64,000 bases of DNA from Gammaproteobacteria bacterium (GTDB lineage Bacteria > Pseudomonadota > Gammaproteobacteria > Burkholderiales > Nitrosomonadaceae), in contig JAUIIB010000003.1 in assembly GCA_030431985.1 (NCBI GenBank), forward strand, positions 1 to 64,000, read 5' to 3'. The notes under the pieces were generated by a model. It was not told the DNA's origin, did not search any database, and worked only from the letters and a program-made list of their open reading frames with translations. Each line of letters begins with the position of its first letter. Position 1 is the stretch's first letter. The translations under genes and the position numbers were made by a program. Positions 8,157 through 18,758 of this stretch are shown here, piece by piece.

Positions 8157-9386
8157 TTACAGTGCTTGTTCCAGATCAAATGCTTTATGCAGTACACGCA
8201 CGGCAAGTTCCATATATTTCTCATCAACAACTACTGACACCTTAATCTCTGATGTGGTAATCATCTGTATGTTAATACCTTCTTCCGCTAAAATTCGGAA
8301 CATTTTACTGGCGATACCCGCATGTGAGCGCATACCCACACCGACAATCGATACTTTAGCGATTTTATCACCACCAATAACATCCCGGGCTCCGATATGT
8401 GGTTGAATTTTTTCTTTGATAATGCGTATCGTGTTATCAAAATCGTTACGATGTACTGTAAATGAGAAATCAGTCAGATCATCATGACCAACATTCTGAA
8501 TAATCATATCTACATCAATACCGGCATCTGCTACAGGCCCAAGTATCTGATAGGCAATACCAGGATGATCCGGCACACCCAGAACTGTTATTTTTGCTTC
8601 ATCTTTATTAAATGCGATGCCGGAAATTACAGCCTGCTCCATATTTTCATTTTCCTCAAAAGTAATCAGTGTGCCTGGCCCTTCATCTTCAAAGCTAGAC
8701 AAAACCCTCAGTTTTACCTTGTACTTACCCGCAAATTCTACCGATCTTATTTGCAGCACTTTTGAACCTAGGCTTGCCATTTCGAGCATTTCTTCAAATG
8801 TAATACTATTAAGACGCCTTGCTTCCGGTACAACACGCGGATCAGTCGTATAAATACCGTCAACATCCGTATAAATCTGACATTCATCAGCATGTAATGC
8901 TGCAGCAAGCGCGACACCTGTTGTGTCGGAACCACCACGCCCCAATGTGGTAATGCTGCCATATTGATCCATACCTTGAAATCCGGCAACAATGACAACA
9001 TAACCGTCATTGAGATCTGCAAGAATTTTATCAGCATCGATATTCAAGATGCGCGCCTTTGTATGGGCGCTGTCGGTAAGTATTTTTACCTGCGGGCCTG
9101 TGTAGCTTTTAGCCTTAACATTTAATGCTTTTAGCGCCATCGCCAATAAAGCGATTGAAACTTGCTCGCCGGTGGAAACCATCACATCGAGTTCACGAGG
9201 GTCCGGATTATTCTGAATTTCTTTAGCTAAAGCAATCAGCCGGTTTGTTTCTCCACTCATCGCCGAAACCACAACTACAATTTGATGATTATCGGCGTGA
9301 AACCGTGCTACTCTCCTAGCAACATTCTTGATTCGTTCGGCACTGCCAACCGAAGTCCCACCGTATTTTTGAACGTAAAAAGCCAC
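8157..9386 (-). CDS. lysC: Aspartate kinase (aspartokinase)
   Basis: 409 aa. N-terminus VQKYGGTSVGSAERIKNVA, amino-acid kinase fold, C-terminal ACT domains. Confidence 0.9.
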   Translation of the reverse strand: MAFYVQKYGGTSVGSAERIKNVARRVARFHADNHQIVVVVSAMSGETNRLIALAKEIQNNPDPRELDVMVSTGEQVSIALLAMALKALNVKAKSYTGPQVKILTDSAHTKARILNIDADKILADLNDGYVVIVAGFQGMDQYGSITTLGRGGSDTTGVALAAALHADECQIYTDVDGIYTTDPRVVPEARRLNSITFEEMLEMASLGSKVLQIRSVEFAGKYKVKLRVLSSFEDEGPGTLITFEENENMEQAVISGIAFNKDEAKITVLGVPDHPGIAYQILGPVADAGIDVDMIIQNVGHDDLTDFSFTVHRNDFDNTIRIIKEKIQPHIGARDVIGGDKIAKVSIVGVGMRSHAGIASKMFRILAEEGINIQMITTSEIKVSVVVDEKYMELAVRVLHKAFDLEQAL

Positions 9387-9585
9387 TGATTATTGATCCA
9401 TCGGCATGATGGATTTTTAATAAAAAGACGGGATTTTACACCTTTCTTTACAAGAACACTAATTGACGATCTTTCTAAAGCAAGCAGCAATCAGATATAG
9501 CTGACGACTACTCGTGCACGGATTTTAATAAAAAATTGTATAATATTGGGTTGTTAGGCCACCAACAATAATACTAGGGTCCAGT

Positions 9586-10089
9586 ATGACCAAGCATCAA
9601 AATAATCAAAAAAAGATAAAAGTACTTTTTATATGCATGGGCAATATCTGCCGCTCACCTACTGCAGATGCCGTTTTCAGACATGCAGTAAAAAAAGCCG
9701 GACTTGATCATCAAATTTTTGTAGATTCCGCAGGTACTCATGCTTATCATATCGGCGATCCGCCCGATTCCCGTGCGCAAAGTTCTGCAGTAAAACGCGG
9801 CTATCGAATGAATGAATTGCGTGCACGCAAAGTCGCCGCAAATGATTTTATTGATTTCGATTATATTTTAGCCATGGACAACGAAAATCTAGCGCTATTA
9901 CATCAGAATTGTCCAAGCCAGTTTAATCACAAACTTGGGCTATTTATGCGTTTTAGCAATGGGGCTTATCATGATCAGGAAGTACCTGACCCCTACTTTG
10001 GGGGTAACCAGGGATTTGAGCAAGTACTTGACATGATCGAAGAAGCAAGTCAGGGACTTTTGCAACATATTCGTAATCAGGACACTTAA
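9586..10089 (+). CDS. Low-molecular-weight protein-tyrosine phosphatase
   Basis: P-loop VLFICMGNICRSP (CX5R) and DPYY motif; 167 aa. Confidence 0.85.
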   Translation: MTKHQNNQKKIKVLFICMGNICRSPTADAVFRHAVKKAGLDHQIFVDSAGTHAYHIGDPPDSRAQSSAVKRGYRMNELRARKVAANDFIDFDYILAMDNENLALLHQNCPSQFNHKLGLFMRFSNGAYHDQEVPDPYFGGNQGFEQVLDMIEEASQGLLQHIRNQDT

Positions 10090-10235
10090 AGCATTCACTG
10101 TCATCCATACACAGACAATCACGTCGATTGGATTCACCTAATCCATTCTGCCTGATCCAATAATTGAACATGTCAATCGTTCTTCAAATAGGTGTAAAAC
10201 CGTAAATCACGACTTTACACCTTTACACATGCACA

Positions 10236-11201
10236 TTACCGAACGTCTTTACCCGTCAAAGAACCCAGAAATGCTTTAATATCTCTAACGTCATTGTTAT
10301 CGAGATGATTACGCCCCAACTGATGTTTAGCCATTAACTCAATAGCTTCATCCAGCGTTGCAACAGAGCCGTCATGAAAATAAGGTCCGGTCCGGGTAAT
10401 ATTTCGCAGACTGGGCACCTTAAAAACTCTCTTATCACCTTCAAGCTTTGTGACTTCATATCGCCCCATATCTGAAGTATTATAGGGCACGACAATACCA
10501 AGTTTTTTATAGGAATTGCCGCCAATTACGACACCATTGTGACATGTAGCGCAGCCCACATCGACAAACTTTTTAAGCCCTCTTTTCTCGTCTTCGTCCA
10601 ATGCGTCCTTATCACCCTTAAGAAAGTCGTCAAATCGCGACGGTGTTAACAACGTCCGTTCGAAGGCACCGATAGCAACACCAATATTTTTATATTTAAA
10701 TGGATCGCTCTGATCGCCAAACGCTTCAGCAAACAGAGTCTGATATTCATCAATACCCTGCAGTTTTTTAACGACCGCCTCTTCATTCGGCATACCCATC
10801 TCAACCGGATTCAGAATCGGCCCCAGGGCCTGTTCTTCGACATTTATCGCTCGTCCATCCCAAAATTGTGTTAGATGCAGTGCCGCATTCATGCTTGTCG
10901 GCGAATTTCTATCGCCCCGTTTACCTTCATGACCCGGTGAAGTGGGTTCATTATCAACCCCAAAATTATTCAAACCATGGCATGAGTTACAGGAAATCCG
11001 GTCATTAACTGACAGTCTCGGATCCATATACAATTTTCTACCCAGACTGATGAGAGCAGCATGCTTCTGCTCATCTATGATTGACTCAGGTAATGGCTCA
11101 AAAAACTGCTTGAGCCGTGTCTCATCAAGCGCTTGATCTACAACGCTTTGCGCGTGGACTTGAACACTTAAAAAAAGTGCAGCTAATACCGTTAGTTTCA
11201 T
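10236..11201 (-). CDS. Di-haem cytochrome c peroxidase (CCP/MauG family)
   Basis: Two CxxCH haem motifs (CNSCHG, CATCHNG), signal peptide, 321 aa. Confidence 0.85.
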   Translation of the reverse strand: MKLTVLAALFLSVQVHAQSVVDQALDETRLKQFFEPLPESIIDEQKHAALISLGRKLYMDPRLSVNDRISCNSCHGLNNFGVDNEPTSPGHEGKRGDRNSPTSMNAALHLTQFWDGRAINVEEQALGPILNPVEMGMPNEEAVVKKLQGIDEYQTLFAEAFGDQSDPFKYKNIGVAIGAFERTLLTPSRFDDFLKGDKDALDEDEKRGLKKFVDVGCATCHNGVVIGGNSYKKLGIVVPYNTSDMGRYEVTKLEGDKRVFKVPSLRNITRTGPYFHDGSVATLDEAIELMAKHQLGRNHLDNNDVRDIKAFLGSLTGKDVR

Positions 11202-11398
11202 TTTCCTTCCTCCTTAATATTATTGCTTTGATGACATCCGCTCGAGTTAATAAAACATCGAACAGCTTGATCGAGAAGATTTAATCAAATCCTAAACTGA
11301 GCATCATCAGCTTAGGTATATTGACTATTACTGTAAAGCGAATAATAATTAATTTTATGTTCGTAAAAAACGAATTAATGTTATAACGTAAGAGAATT

Positions 11399-12295
11399 AT
11401 GCTATTACCCAGTCTTAGACAACTTGAATATTTGATTGCGCTAGCTGAACGCCAGCATTTTGGACAGGCCGCGGAGCAATGCCACGTTACCCCTTCAACG
11501 CTAAGCGCCGGCATTCGCGATCTTGAAGACATTCTCGGTGTCGCACTGGCCGAACGAACCAAGCGTCAGGTAGTCATGACAGCTATCGGCATGGATATTG
11601 CCCAACGTGCACGTATTCTCATCCGGGATGCAAGCGATCTTATGACGCTCGCCGCGGCAAATCATGCACCAATGACAGGCATCATGCGATTGGGTGTTAT
11701 ACCGACAATCGGCCCCTATCTATTGCCCAAAAGCATGACAAGTTTAAAACAGCGTTATCCCGACTTTCAAATGTACCTCGATGAAGAAATCACTACGTCT
11801 TTACTCAACAAACTGCGCGACGGCAAACTCGATGCGGCCATTATTGCATTGCCATTTGACACTGAAGATCTGGAAGTCATGCACCTGTTCAAAGACGAAT
11901 TCCAGTTTGCCTGCCATCACAGCCACCCTTTCTCAAGCAAAAAGAAAATCCGACAAAATGAATTGAAAGGCGAACCGTTAATGTTGTTGAAGGAAGGGCA
12001 TTGTATGCGCGGTCATGCATTAAGTGCGTGCAGCCTGGGGGACTATCAAACGCGTGCGCAATTCGAGGCAAGCAGTCTGTCGACACTGGTCATGATGGTT
12101 GATGCAGGATTGGGCGTAACATTACTGCCCGAGCTTGCCATTAACGCTCAAGCTACAGCAAGCACCAAAATTTGCCTATGTCCGCTCGAAAACCCTGCAT
12201 CGCGTGACATCGGTCTGGTCTGGCGCGCTTCGACTTCAAGGAGACAAGAATTTAAGATGCTCGCGGAAACGATAATTGAGTCAATAACACTTTGA
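11399..12295 (+). CDS. oxyR: LysR-family hydrogen peroxide-sensing regulator OxyR-like
   Basis: N-terminal LysR HTH (LRQLEYLIALAERQHFGQAAEQCHVTPSTLS). Redox cysteines in an OxyR-like context (..KEGHCMRGHALSAC..). Divergent from the peroxidase gene. Confidence 0.75.
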   Translation: MLLPSLRQLEYLIALAERQHFGQAAEQCHVTPSTLSAGIRDLEDILGVALAERTKRQVVMTAIGMDIAQRARILIRDASDLMTLAAANHAPMTGIMRLGVIPTIGPYLLPKSMTSLKQRYPDFQMYLDEEITTSLLNKLRDGKLDAAIIALPFDTEDLEVMHLFKDEFQFACHHSHPFSSKKKIRQNELKGEPLMLLKEGHCMRGHALSACSLGDYQTRAQFEASSLSTLVMMVDAGLGVTLLPELAINAQATASTKICLCPLENPASRDIGLVWRASTSRRQEFKMLAETIIESITL

Positions 12296-12574
12296 TAATC
12301 CTAACACTCGACTAGCGATCCAGACCTACGTGGCCGCTCATCATCCCCTCAGATAATCGGCAATATAGCCGAAAATTCCTGATTAATCTGGCAATTAAAT
12401 ATTTGTTTTTCGGTTAAGCTAACAGCTTCCTGTGAAATAACACAACCACATAGATTTTGCTCAGATTCCTTGGGGATGTCGCCAGAAGTTATGACGACAT
12501 CCGCTAAAACAGCACAGCAATTGATTTTGTTAACCATGTCTTATGCTGGCAAATGACAGAGGAGAAATTTTGTT

Positions 12575-12826
12575 TTGGGAAAATTGGCTTTTTTCTTAAT
12601 GATTGGCGTACTCGTTTACTGGCTGATTAAAGTCCGTTTATCAGAGGAAAAAAAACACCAGGAAAACCACACCGATGAAAAAAATAATACCCTGGAATCA
12701 CCTGAGGAAATGGTTCGGTGTGCGTACTGTGATATCCATCTGCCTCGAAATGAGAGCATTTCAAGCCACGGGAATTTTTACTGTAGCGATGAACACCGTT
12801 CGGCCCACTTGAATTCTTCATCATAA
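12575..12826 (+). CDS. Small membrane-anchored protein with a C-terminal Cys/His zinc-ribbon-like motif (CAYCDIHLP...GNFYCSDEH); possibly a PP0621-like family member
   Basis: 83 aa with an N-terminal hydrophobic helix (LAFFLMIGVLVYWLI). Sits immediately upstream of the pilS-like kinase gene with a 5-nt gap. Confidence 0.45.
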   Translation: MGKLAFFLMIGVLVYWLIKVRLSEEKKHQENHTDEKNNTLESPEEMVRCAYCDIHLPRNESISSHGNFYCSDEHRSAHLNSSS

Positions 12827-12831
12827 CAGCT

Positions 12832-14505
12832 GTGATTACCGATACTCTTTCGTCCCTACCAACGGAAACACGCATCAAACATGGCCGTACACGGTACGCT
12901 CATCCAGATTCTTTCTGGCACTCGCTTTACCTATTTAACATTTCGCACATTATAATCACAAGCGGGCTAATCATCCTGGCATGGGCGTTTGAATACACCA
13001 GCCTGGGTTCTCGCGACGCTCAGTTATTTTTTTACGCCGCTTCAACTTACCTGCTGCTCATTTGCCTGTACATGCTGCTCATTAAGCTGCGTAAACCGGG
13101 TTTTAACTGGCAACTGATACAACAAGTCTGTACGGATGTAATATTCATTTGTACGATGAGTTATGCCAGTGGTGGATTAGAAAGCGGGCTGGGTATTCTA
13201 CTGATGATATCACTGGCTGGCAGCAGCCTGATCAGTAAAGGCAGACTGGCGCTCTTTTTTGCCGCAATCGCCACCATTGGCATTCTGTTGCAAGAAATTT
13301 ATGCTTCCCTCTATATCGGACCATACACTGCACAATTCACGCACGCCGGCTTACTAAGCATGGGTTATTTTATAGTCGCATGGATTGCCCACTGGCTCGC
13401 ATCACGTACAATCGCAAGTGAGAATCTGGCGCATGAACGCAGCATCGATCTGGCAAACATGGCCCAGATCAATCAGCTGATCATCCAGGATTTACAGGAA
13501 GGCATTTTGGTTGTCGACAAACATGGCAAAATCCGCCAATGCAATATATATGCCGAGCAATTAATCGATTTAAAGTCCCGACCGGATTATTTCAAACCTC
13601 ACAGCCTTGCCATAGACGCACCACAACTAGCTTCCCGGCTATCACTCTGGCGGGAAAATGCGGATACAGTTTTTGACTTATTATGTTTACCCAAAGATAA
13701 CATAATGGTTAGAACCCGCTTTGTACCGATTGAAAATAATCCGGACGCCAGCGTTATCATTTACCTCGAAGACACAAGCCGCACTCAACAGCAAATACAA
13801 CAACTGAAACTGGCTGCATTAGGACGTCTTACAGCTAATATTGCCCATGAAATCCGCAATCCTTTGTCGTCAATCAGCCATGCGGCAGAACTACTTGAAG
13901 AAGACGGACAGCTTGCCGGTGCGAAGCAATCCGGTACAGCCAACAATAGCCGACTGCTACGTATCATTCACGACAACATTCAACGTTTAAGCAAAATTGT
14001 ACACGATGTCTTACAATTGAGCCGACGAGAAGCCGTCAATACAGAATCCATTGATATCGTAGACTTTATGCAAGATTTTATTCATGATTTCTGTTTGACG
14101 GAAAAAGTTGAACACTCGGTTATTTTGTTGGATAGCAAGGATATTAGCCCAGATTGTCGAATAAATTTCGACCGGCATCATCTACACCAAATATCGTGGA
14201 ACTTATGCCGTAATGCCTGGCGACATAGCAGCCAACAAAATAACAGCATCACAGTAAGCATTACCTACTGCATTCAGAATCATAGAATTTTGCTGGATTT
14301 TATCGACGACGGTCCCGGGATACCGACGCACCAGATTAAACAAATCTTTGAACCCTTTTTCACGACCGCAGCTAATGGCACTGGTCTAGGTCTTTATATT
14401 GCCCGAGAATTATGCGAGACCAACCACGCATCGCTTGAGTATTTAAGCCATATAAAAAGAGGTCATTTCAGAATAATCTGCAGGGATACCAACGGTCATG
14501 CCTGA
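12832..14505 (+). CDS. pilS: Sensor histidine kinase, PilS-like (NtrB family; polytopic N-terminal membrane domain, PAS, HisKA, HATPase)
   Basis: H-box ANIAHEIRNPLSSISHAAELL is typical of PilS/NtrB-type kinases. Multiple N-terminal TM helices and a G-box GTGLGLYIAREL. True start uncertain. Confidence 0.6.
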   Translation: MITDTLSSLPTETRIKHGRTRYAHPDSFWHSLYLFNISHIIITSGLIILAWAFEYTSLGSRDAQLFFYAASTYLLLICLYMLLIKLRKPGFNWQLIQQVCTDVIFICTMSYASGGLESGLGILLMISLAGSSLISKGRLALFFAAIATIGILLQEIYASLYIGPYTAQFTHAGLLSMGYFIVAWIAHWLASRTIASENLAHERSIDLANMAQINQLIIQDLQEGILVVDKHGKIRQCNIYAEQLIDLKSRPDYFKPHSLAIDAPQLASRLSLWRENADTVFDLLCLPKDNIMVRTRFVPIENNPDASVIIYLEDTSRTQQQIQQLKLAALGRLTANIAHEIRNPLSSISHAAELLEEDGQLAGAKQSGTANNSRLLRIIHDNIQRLSKIVHDVLQLSRREAVNTESIDIVDFMQDFIHDFCLTEKVEHSVILLDSKDISPDCRINFDRHHLHQISWNLCRNAWRHSSQQNNSITVSITYCIQNHRILLDFIDDGPGIPTHQIKQIFEPFFTTAANGTGLGLYIARELCETNHASLEYLSHIKRGHFRIICRDTNGHA

Positions 14506-15922
14506 GCAAGACACTTCCTATAATCCCGCCAAGCCTGATCCACAATCGATTCCGAATATCCTGATAGTCGACGATGAGCCGGATATTATCGAACTGCTTG
14601 AATTAACATTGATTCGCATGGGCATGAACGTAACCAGCGCTACAAACACCAGCGACGCCCAGACATTATTGCAGTCACGTACTTTTCAACTATGCCTGAC
14701 CGATATGCGGTTATCGGACGGCACCGGAATTGATCTGGTGCAGTATATCACTCAGTATTGCGCCGGACTACCTGTCGCAGTTATCACAGCCTACGGTACA
14801 CCTGAGAATGCCGTTGCAGCGCTCAAAGCCGGTGCCTTTGATTATCTGACCAAACCGGTTTCTTTAAAACAACTGCGCACTCTGGTAAAGTCGGCTTTAA
14901 GTCTGCCGCCCATCAATACTGCAAGAACACTCAACAGTAATACCGAAAGATTGCGCACCCTACTTGGCGATTCGTCTCCGATGTGTGAGCTGCGTTCAAC
15001 CATCGAGAAATTATCGCGCAGTCAGGCCGCCGTCTATATCAGCGGCGAATCAGGCAGTGGCAAAGAACTGGCTGCAAGAATGATCCACGAAAGGAGTGCA
15101 CGCCATGACCAGCCATTCATTCCTGTCAATTGTGGTGCAATTCCCGAAAATCTCATGGAAAGTGAATTTTTTGGCTATAAGAAAGGCGCTTTTACGGGTG
15201 CAGATAGAGATCACGAAGGTTTTTTCCTTGCTGCGAATAACGGCACACTGTTTCTTGACGAAGTTGCAGATCTGTCGCTTGCCATGCAAGTCAAACTGCT
15301 GAGGGTCATCCAAGAAAAACAAGTTCGCCGTCTCGGTGATGTCAAAGAAATCGGTATCGATGTTCGCATTATCAGCGCAACCCATAAAAAACTCCATGAA
15401 TGCGTCGACGCCGGGCAATTCAGGCAAGATCTATACTATCGATTAAATGTGATTGAACTCGATATGCCGGCGTTGCGTAAAATGCGAGACGATATTCCGC
15501 TCATTGCTAAAAATATACTGGGAAAAATTTGTCGTGAAACGGGAAGATCCGCCTGCCACCTTAACCAGGAAGCACTTGCTGAGCTGATAAACTATGATTT
15601 TCCTGGCAATGTACGCGAACTGGAAAATATTCTGGAACGCACCCTTGCACTGTGCTCAACCGAAATAATCGGAAAGAAAGAGCTGCAACTCAAGCCCAAA
15701 GATGCGCAAAATGGATCTGATAGTATTTCAGTCACAACTGATCAAGAACTGCCACTACAAGATTATCTAGACCGCTTGGAAAAGGAATCCATTGTTAAAG
15801 CATTAGAACAAACGCGATATAACAGAACGGCAGCTGCAAAATTACTGGGTATCACGGTACGTTCAATGCGTTACCGGATGGATCGGCTCGGATTGAATCT
15901 CAAAAAACCGGACACCCCTTAA
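14498..15922 (+). CDS. pilR: Sigma54-dependent response regulator, PilR-like (REC, AAA+ sigma54 activator, Fis-type HTH)
   Basis: REC ILIVDDEPDI..D; GESGSGKE Walker A; GAFTGA; C-terminal HTH AAAKLLGITVRSMRYRM. Overlaps the kinase gene by 8 nt. Confidence 0.7.
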   Translation: MPEQDTSYNPAKPDPQSIPNILIVDDEPDIIELLELTLIRMGMNVTSATNTSDAQTLLQSRTFQLCLTDMRLSDGTGIDLVQYITQYCAGLPVAVITAYGTPENAVAALKAGAFDYLTKPVSLKQLRTLVKSALSLPPINTARTLNSNTERLRTLLGDSSPMCELRSTIEKLSRSQAAVYISGESGSGKELAARMIHERSARHDQPFIPVNCGAIPENLMESEFFGYKKGAFTGADRDHEGFFLAANNGTLFLDEVADLSLAMQVKLLRVIQEKQVRRLGDVKEIGIDVRIISATHKKLHECVDAGQFRQDLYYRLNVIELDMPALRKMRDDIPLIAKNILGKICRETGRSACHLNQEALAELINYDFPGNVRELENILERTLALCSTEIIGKKELQLKPKDAQNGSDSISVTTDQELPLQDYLDRLEKESIVKALEQTRYNRTAAAKLLGITVRSMRYRMDRLGLNLKKPDTP

Positions 15923-15966
15923 TCTCCCTAAACACCTCATCGTTATCATTAAACAACTCGCCACAG

Positions 15967-16806
15967 TTAGTTTTTTGCATTTACTTTATGCTTTTTTGGA
16001 TAACCCGCCGGTTTATTATCCTTTCGTACTTGTCGTGCCGACCACACTACCAGGGCCACCCCCGCGACAATCATCGGAATCGACAACCACTGCCCCATCG
16101 TCACGCCTAACGTCAACTTGCCCATAAACCCTTCACTCGGTTCACGGAAAAATTCTGCAACTGAACGCACAACACCGTAGCCAATCATGAATATTCCGGT
16201 TACTGCACCCGTAGCACGAGGCTTTGCCGAATAAATCCAGACAAACAGAAACAGCACAACACCTTCTAAAAAAAACTGATAAAGCTGTGACGGATGTCGC
16301 GGCAAATCGTCGACATAAGGAAAAATCATACCCCAGGAAGCATCTGTCGGACGCCCCCAAAGTTCTGCATTAATAAAATTTCCGATACGCCCCGCACCCA
16401 AACCTAAAGGTACCAATGGAACACCAAAATCGGTGATATTCAGCCAGTGTATTTTATATTTACGAGCCAAAATAATCATTGCCGTAACGACACCGAGAAA
16501 CCCGCCATGAAACGACATGCCACCTTCCCATACAGCAAAAATATGCAGCGGGTTTTCCAAATAATATCCGAATTGATAAAATAACACGTGCCCCAATCGA
16601 CCACCGATAATGACGCCCAGCATACCGTAAAATAAAATATCGTCGAGAAGCGCTTCTGTGACGACGGTTTTTGGACCATATTTGATACGATACCGCCCCA
16701 GCAGAAAAAAAAGCAGAAAGCCAGTCAGATACATGAGCCCATACCAATGGATGGACAACGGTCCCAACGATACAGCAACGGGATCAAACTGCGGATGAAC
16801 AAACAT
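15967..16806 (-). CDS. lgt: Prolipoprotein diacylglyceryl transferase
   Basis: 279 aa. N-terminus [19 protein letters not shown] and polytopic Lgt signature regions. Confidence 0.9.
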   Translation of the reverse strand: MFVHPQFDPVAVSLGPLSIHWYGLMYLTGFLLFFLLGRYRIKYGPKTVVTEALLDDILFYGMLGVIIGGRLGHVLFYQFGYYLENPLHIFAVWEGGMSFHGGFLGVVTAMIILARKYKIHWLNITDFGVPLVPLGLGAGRIGNFINAELWGRPTDASWGMIFPYVDDLPRHPSQLYQFFLEGVVLFLFVWIYSAKPRATGAVTGIFMIGYGVVRSVAEFFREPSEGFMGKLTLGVTMGQWLSIPMIVAGVALVVWSARQVRKDNKPAGYPKKHKVNAKN

Positions 16807-16935
16807 GGGTTATCACCACCTTATATTACGGTAAAATAGATTTATTATAACAAGGGGAATTGTCTGAAAGCATTTGCTATAGTAGAAAGCTTGCTTAGCA
16901 CATTCTTCACAAATGATATTACTTCAGGAGTCAAT

Positions 16936-18609
16936 ATGCCAGACAACAAACGCAGCCAGGCCATTACGCAGGGCACTCAACATGCACCAAGCCGCGCGAT
17001 GTTACGCGCAGTCGGTTTTACCGATGACGATTTCAACAAGCCCATCGTCGGTGTTGCTAATGGTTACTCTACCATTACCCCCTGCAATAAAGGACTGAAT
17101 GACCTGTCAATCAAAGCAGAACAGGCCTTGCGTAGTGCGGGTGCAATGCCGCAAATGTTTGGCACAATTACCGTATCTGATGGTATTTCCATGGGAACCG
17201 AGGGTATGAAATATTCACTGGTTTCACGGGAAGTTATTGCTGATTCAATTGAAACCTGTGTCCAGGCAGAAAGCATGGACGGCGTCATTGCTATCGGCGG
17301 TTGTGACAAAAACATGCCGGGCGCAATGATTGCTATCGCACGCATGAATGTTCCCGCAATATTCGTGTATGGCGGCACAATCAAACCGGGAAAATACAAC
17401 GGCCAGGATCTCACCATTGTCAGTGTCTTTGAAGCAGTCGGCCAGCACAGTGCAAAAAAAATTGATGATGACGAACTGTTGCAAATCGAACGTCATGCCT
17501 GTCCAGGCGCAGGCTCCTGCGGTGGGATGTTTACCGCCAACAGCATGTCCTCAGCATTTGAAGCAATGGGAATGAGCTTGCCGTATTCGTCCACAATGTC
17601 AGCAGAAGATGAAGACAAATCAATCAGCACAGGTCAATCTGCCGAAGCACTTGTCCACGCTATTAAACAGCAAATCCTGCCGCACGACATCATTACCCGC
17701 AAATCGATTGAAAACGCGATATCTGTCATCATGGCGGTCGGCGGCTCAACAAATGCTGTGCTGCACCTCCTCGCAATTGCGCACGCTGCGGAAGTCGATC
17801 TGAGTATTGATGATTTTGAGACCATTCGGGCTCGTGTGCCGGTCATTTGCGACCTTAAGCCATCCGGTCGTTACGTCACTGCCGATCTGCATGAAGCGGG
17901 CGGCATTCCACAAGTCATGAAAATGTTACAAATCAACGGCCTGCTGCATGACGAATGCATCACGATTACTGGCCAGACGGTTGCCCAGGTGCTTCAAGAC
18001 ATTCCGGAAACACCGCGAACCGATCAACATGTCATCCGCCCCTGGAATAACCCTTTATATCAGCAGGGGCATCTGGCGATTTTGAAGGGCAACCTATCTC
18101 CGGAAGGATCTGTCGCCAAAATCTCCGGAATCAAAAATCCCAAAATTACTGGTCCGGCACGTGTATTTGAATCGGAAGAAACCTGTATGCGTGCAATCTT
18201 GGACCGTAAGATCAACCCCGGTGACGTTGTCGTCATCCGTTATGAAGGACCCAAAGGTGGTCCGGGCATGCGCGAAATGCTCTCGCCCACATCTGCACTG
18301 ATCGGTGAAGGGCTCGGCGATTCTGTCGGCCTAATTACTGACGGCCGTTTTTCCGGTGGTACCTATGGTATGGTTGTCGGCCATGTCGCTCCAGAGGCCT
18401 TTGTCGGCGGCACCATTGCGCTGGTTAAAGAAGGCGATTCCATCACCATTGATGCCGAACAGCGTCTATTACAACTCAATGTACCCGACGAAGAAATATC
18501 CAACCGCCGGGCTACATGGCAGCCCCCACAATCACGTTATACCCGTGGCGTACTCTCAAAATATGCAAAGCTTGTATCAACGGCAAGCAGAGGTGCCATC
18601 ACAGATTAA
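16936..18609 (+). CDS. ilvD: Dihydroxy-acid dehydratase
   Basis: IlvD/EDD family: ..[11 protein letters not shown].., [16 protein letters not shown] Fe-S ligands. The ATG at 16936 is preceded by AGGAG, and the ORF extends upstream to 16891. Confidence 0.9.
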   Translation: MPDNKRSQAITQGTQHAPSRAMLRAVGFTDDDFNKPIVGVANGYSTITPCNKGLNDLSIKAEQALRSAGAMPQMFGTITVSDGISMGTEGMKYSLVSREVIADSIETCVQAESMDGVIAIGGCDKNMPGAMIAIARMNVPAIFVYGGTIKPGKYNGQDLTIVSVFEAVGQHSAKKIDDDELLQIERHACPGAGSCGGMFTANSMSSAFEAMGMSLPYSSTMSAEDEDKSISTGQSAEALVHAIKQQILPHDIITRKSIENAISVIMAVGGSTNAVLHLLAIAHAAEVDLSIDDFETIRARVPVICDLKPSGRYVTADLHEAGGIPQVMKMLQINGLLHDECITITGQTVAQVLQDIPETPRTDQHVIRPWNNPLYQQGHLAILKGNLSPEGSVAKISGIKNPKITGPARVFESEETCMRAILDRKINPGDVVVIRYEGPKGGPGMREMLSPTSALIGEGLGDSVGLITDGRFSGGTYGMVVGHVAPEAFVGGTIALVKEGDSITIDAEQRLLQLNVPDEEISNRRATWQPPQSRYTRGVLSKYAKLVSTASRGAITD

Positions 18610-18758
18610 ATTTACTCAATAAAAACAATTATATTCAATTAAATTTATCATGTAGAATAGTTTATATTTATAGACCCATCATTTCATAAATAAATTGCCA
18701 TTGTCTTGTTAATTGCGAGTACTTCCCTAATTCGACACCCAAACTGGAGCATATCATT

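Noticed and set aside
9387-9585. Possible lysine riboswitch (L-box) upstream of lysC
   Set aside because: The ~200-nt leader lacks the conserved L-box elements (AGAGGCGC, GGGA.., kink-turn), and the region is also the divergent promoter for the phosphatase gene.
12349-12537. 62-aa minus-strand ORF between oxyR and the small zinc-ribbon gene
   Set aside because: No RBS, no motif, and it sits in a divergent/terminator region; treated as noise.
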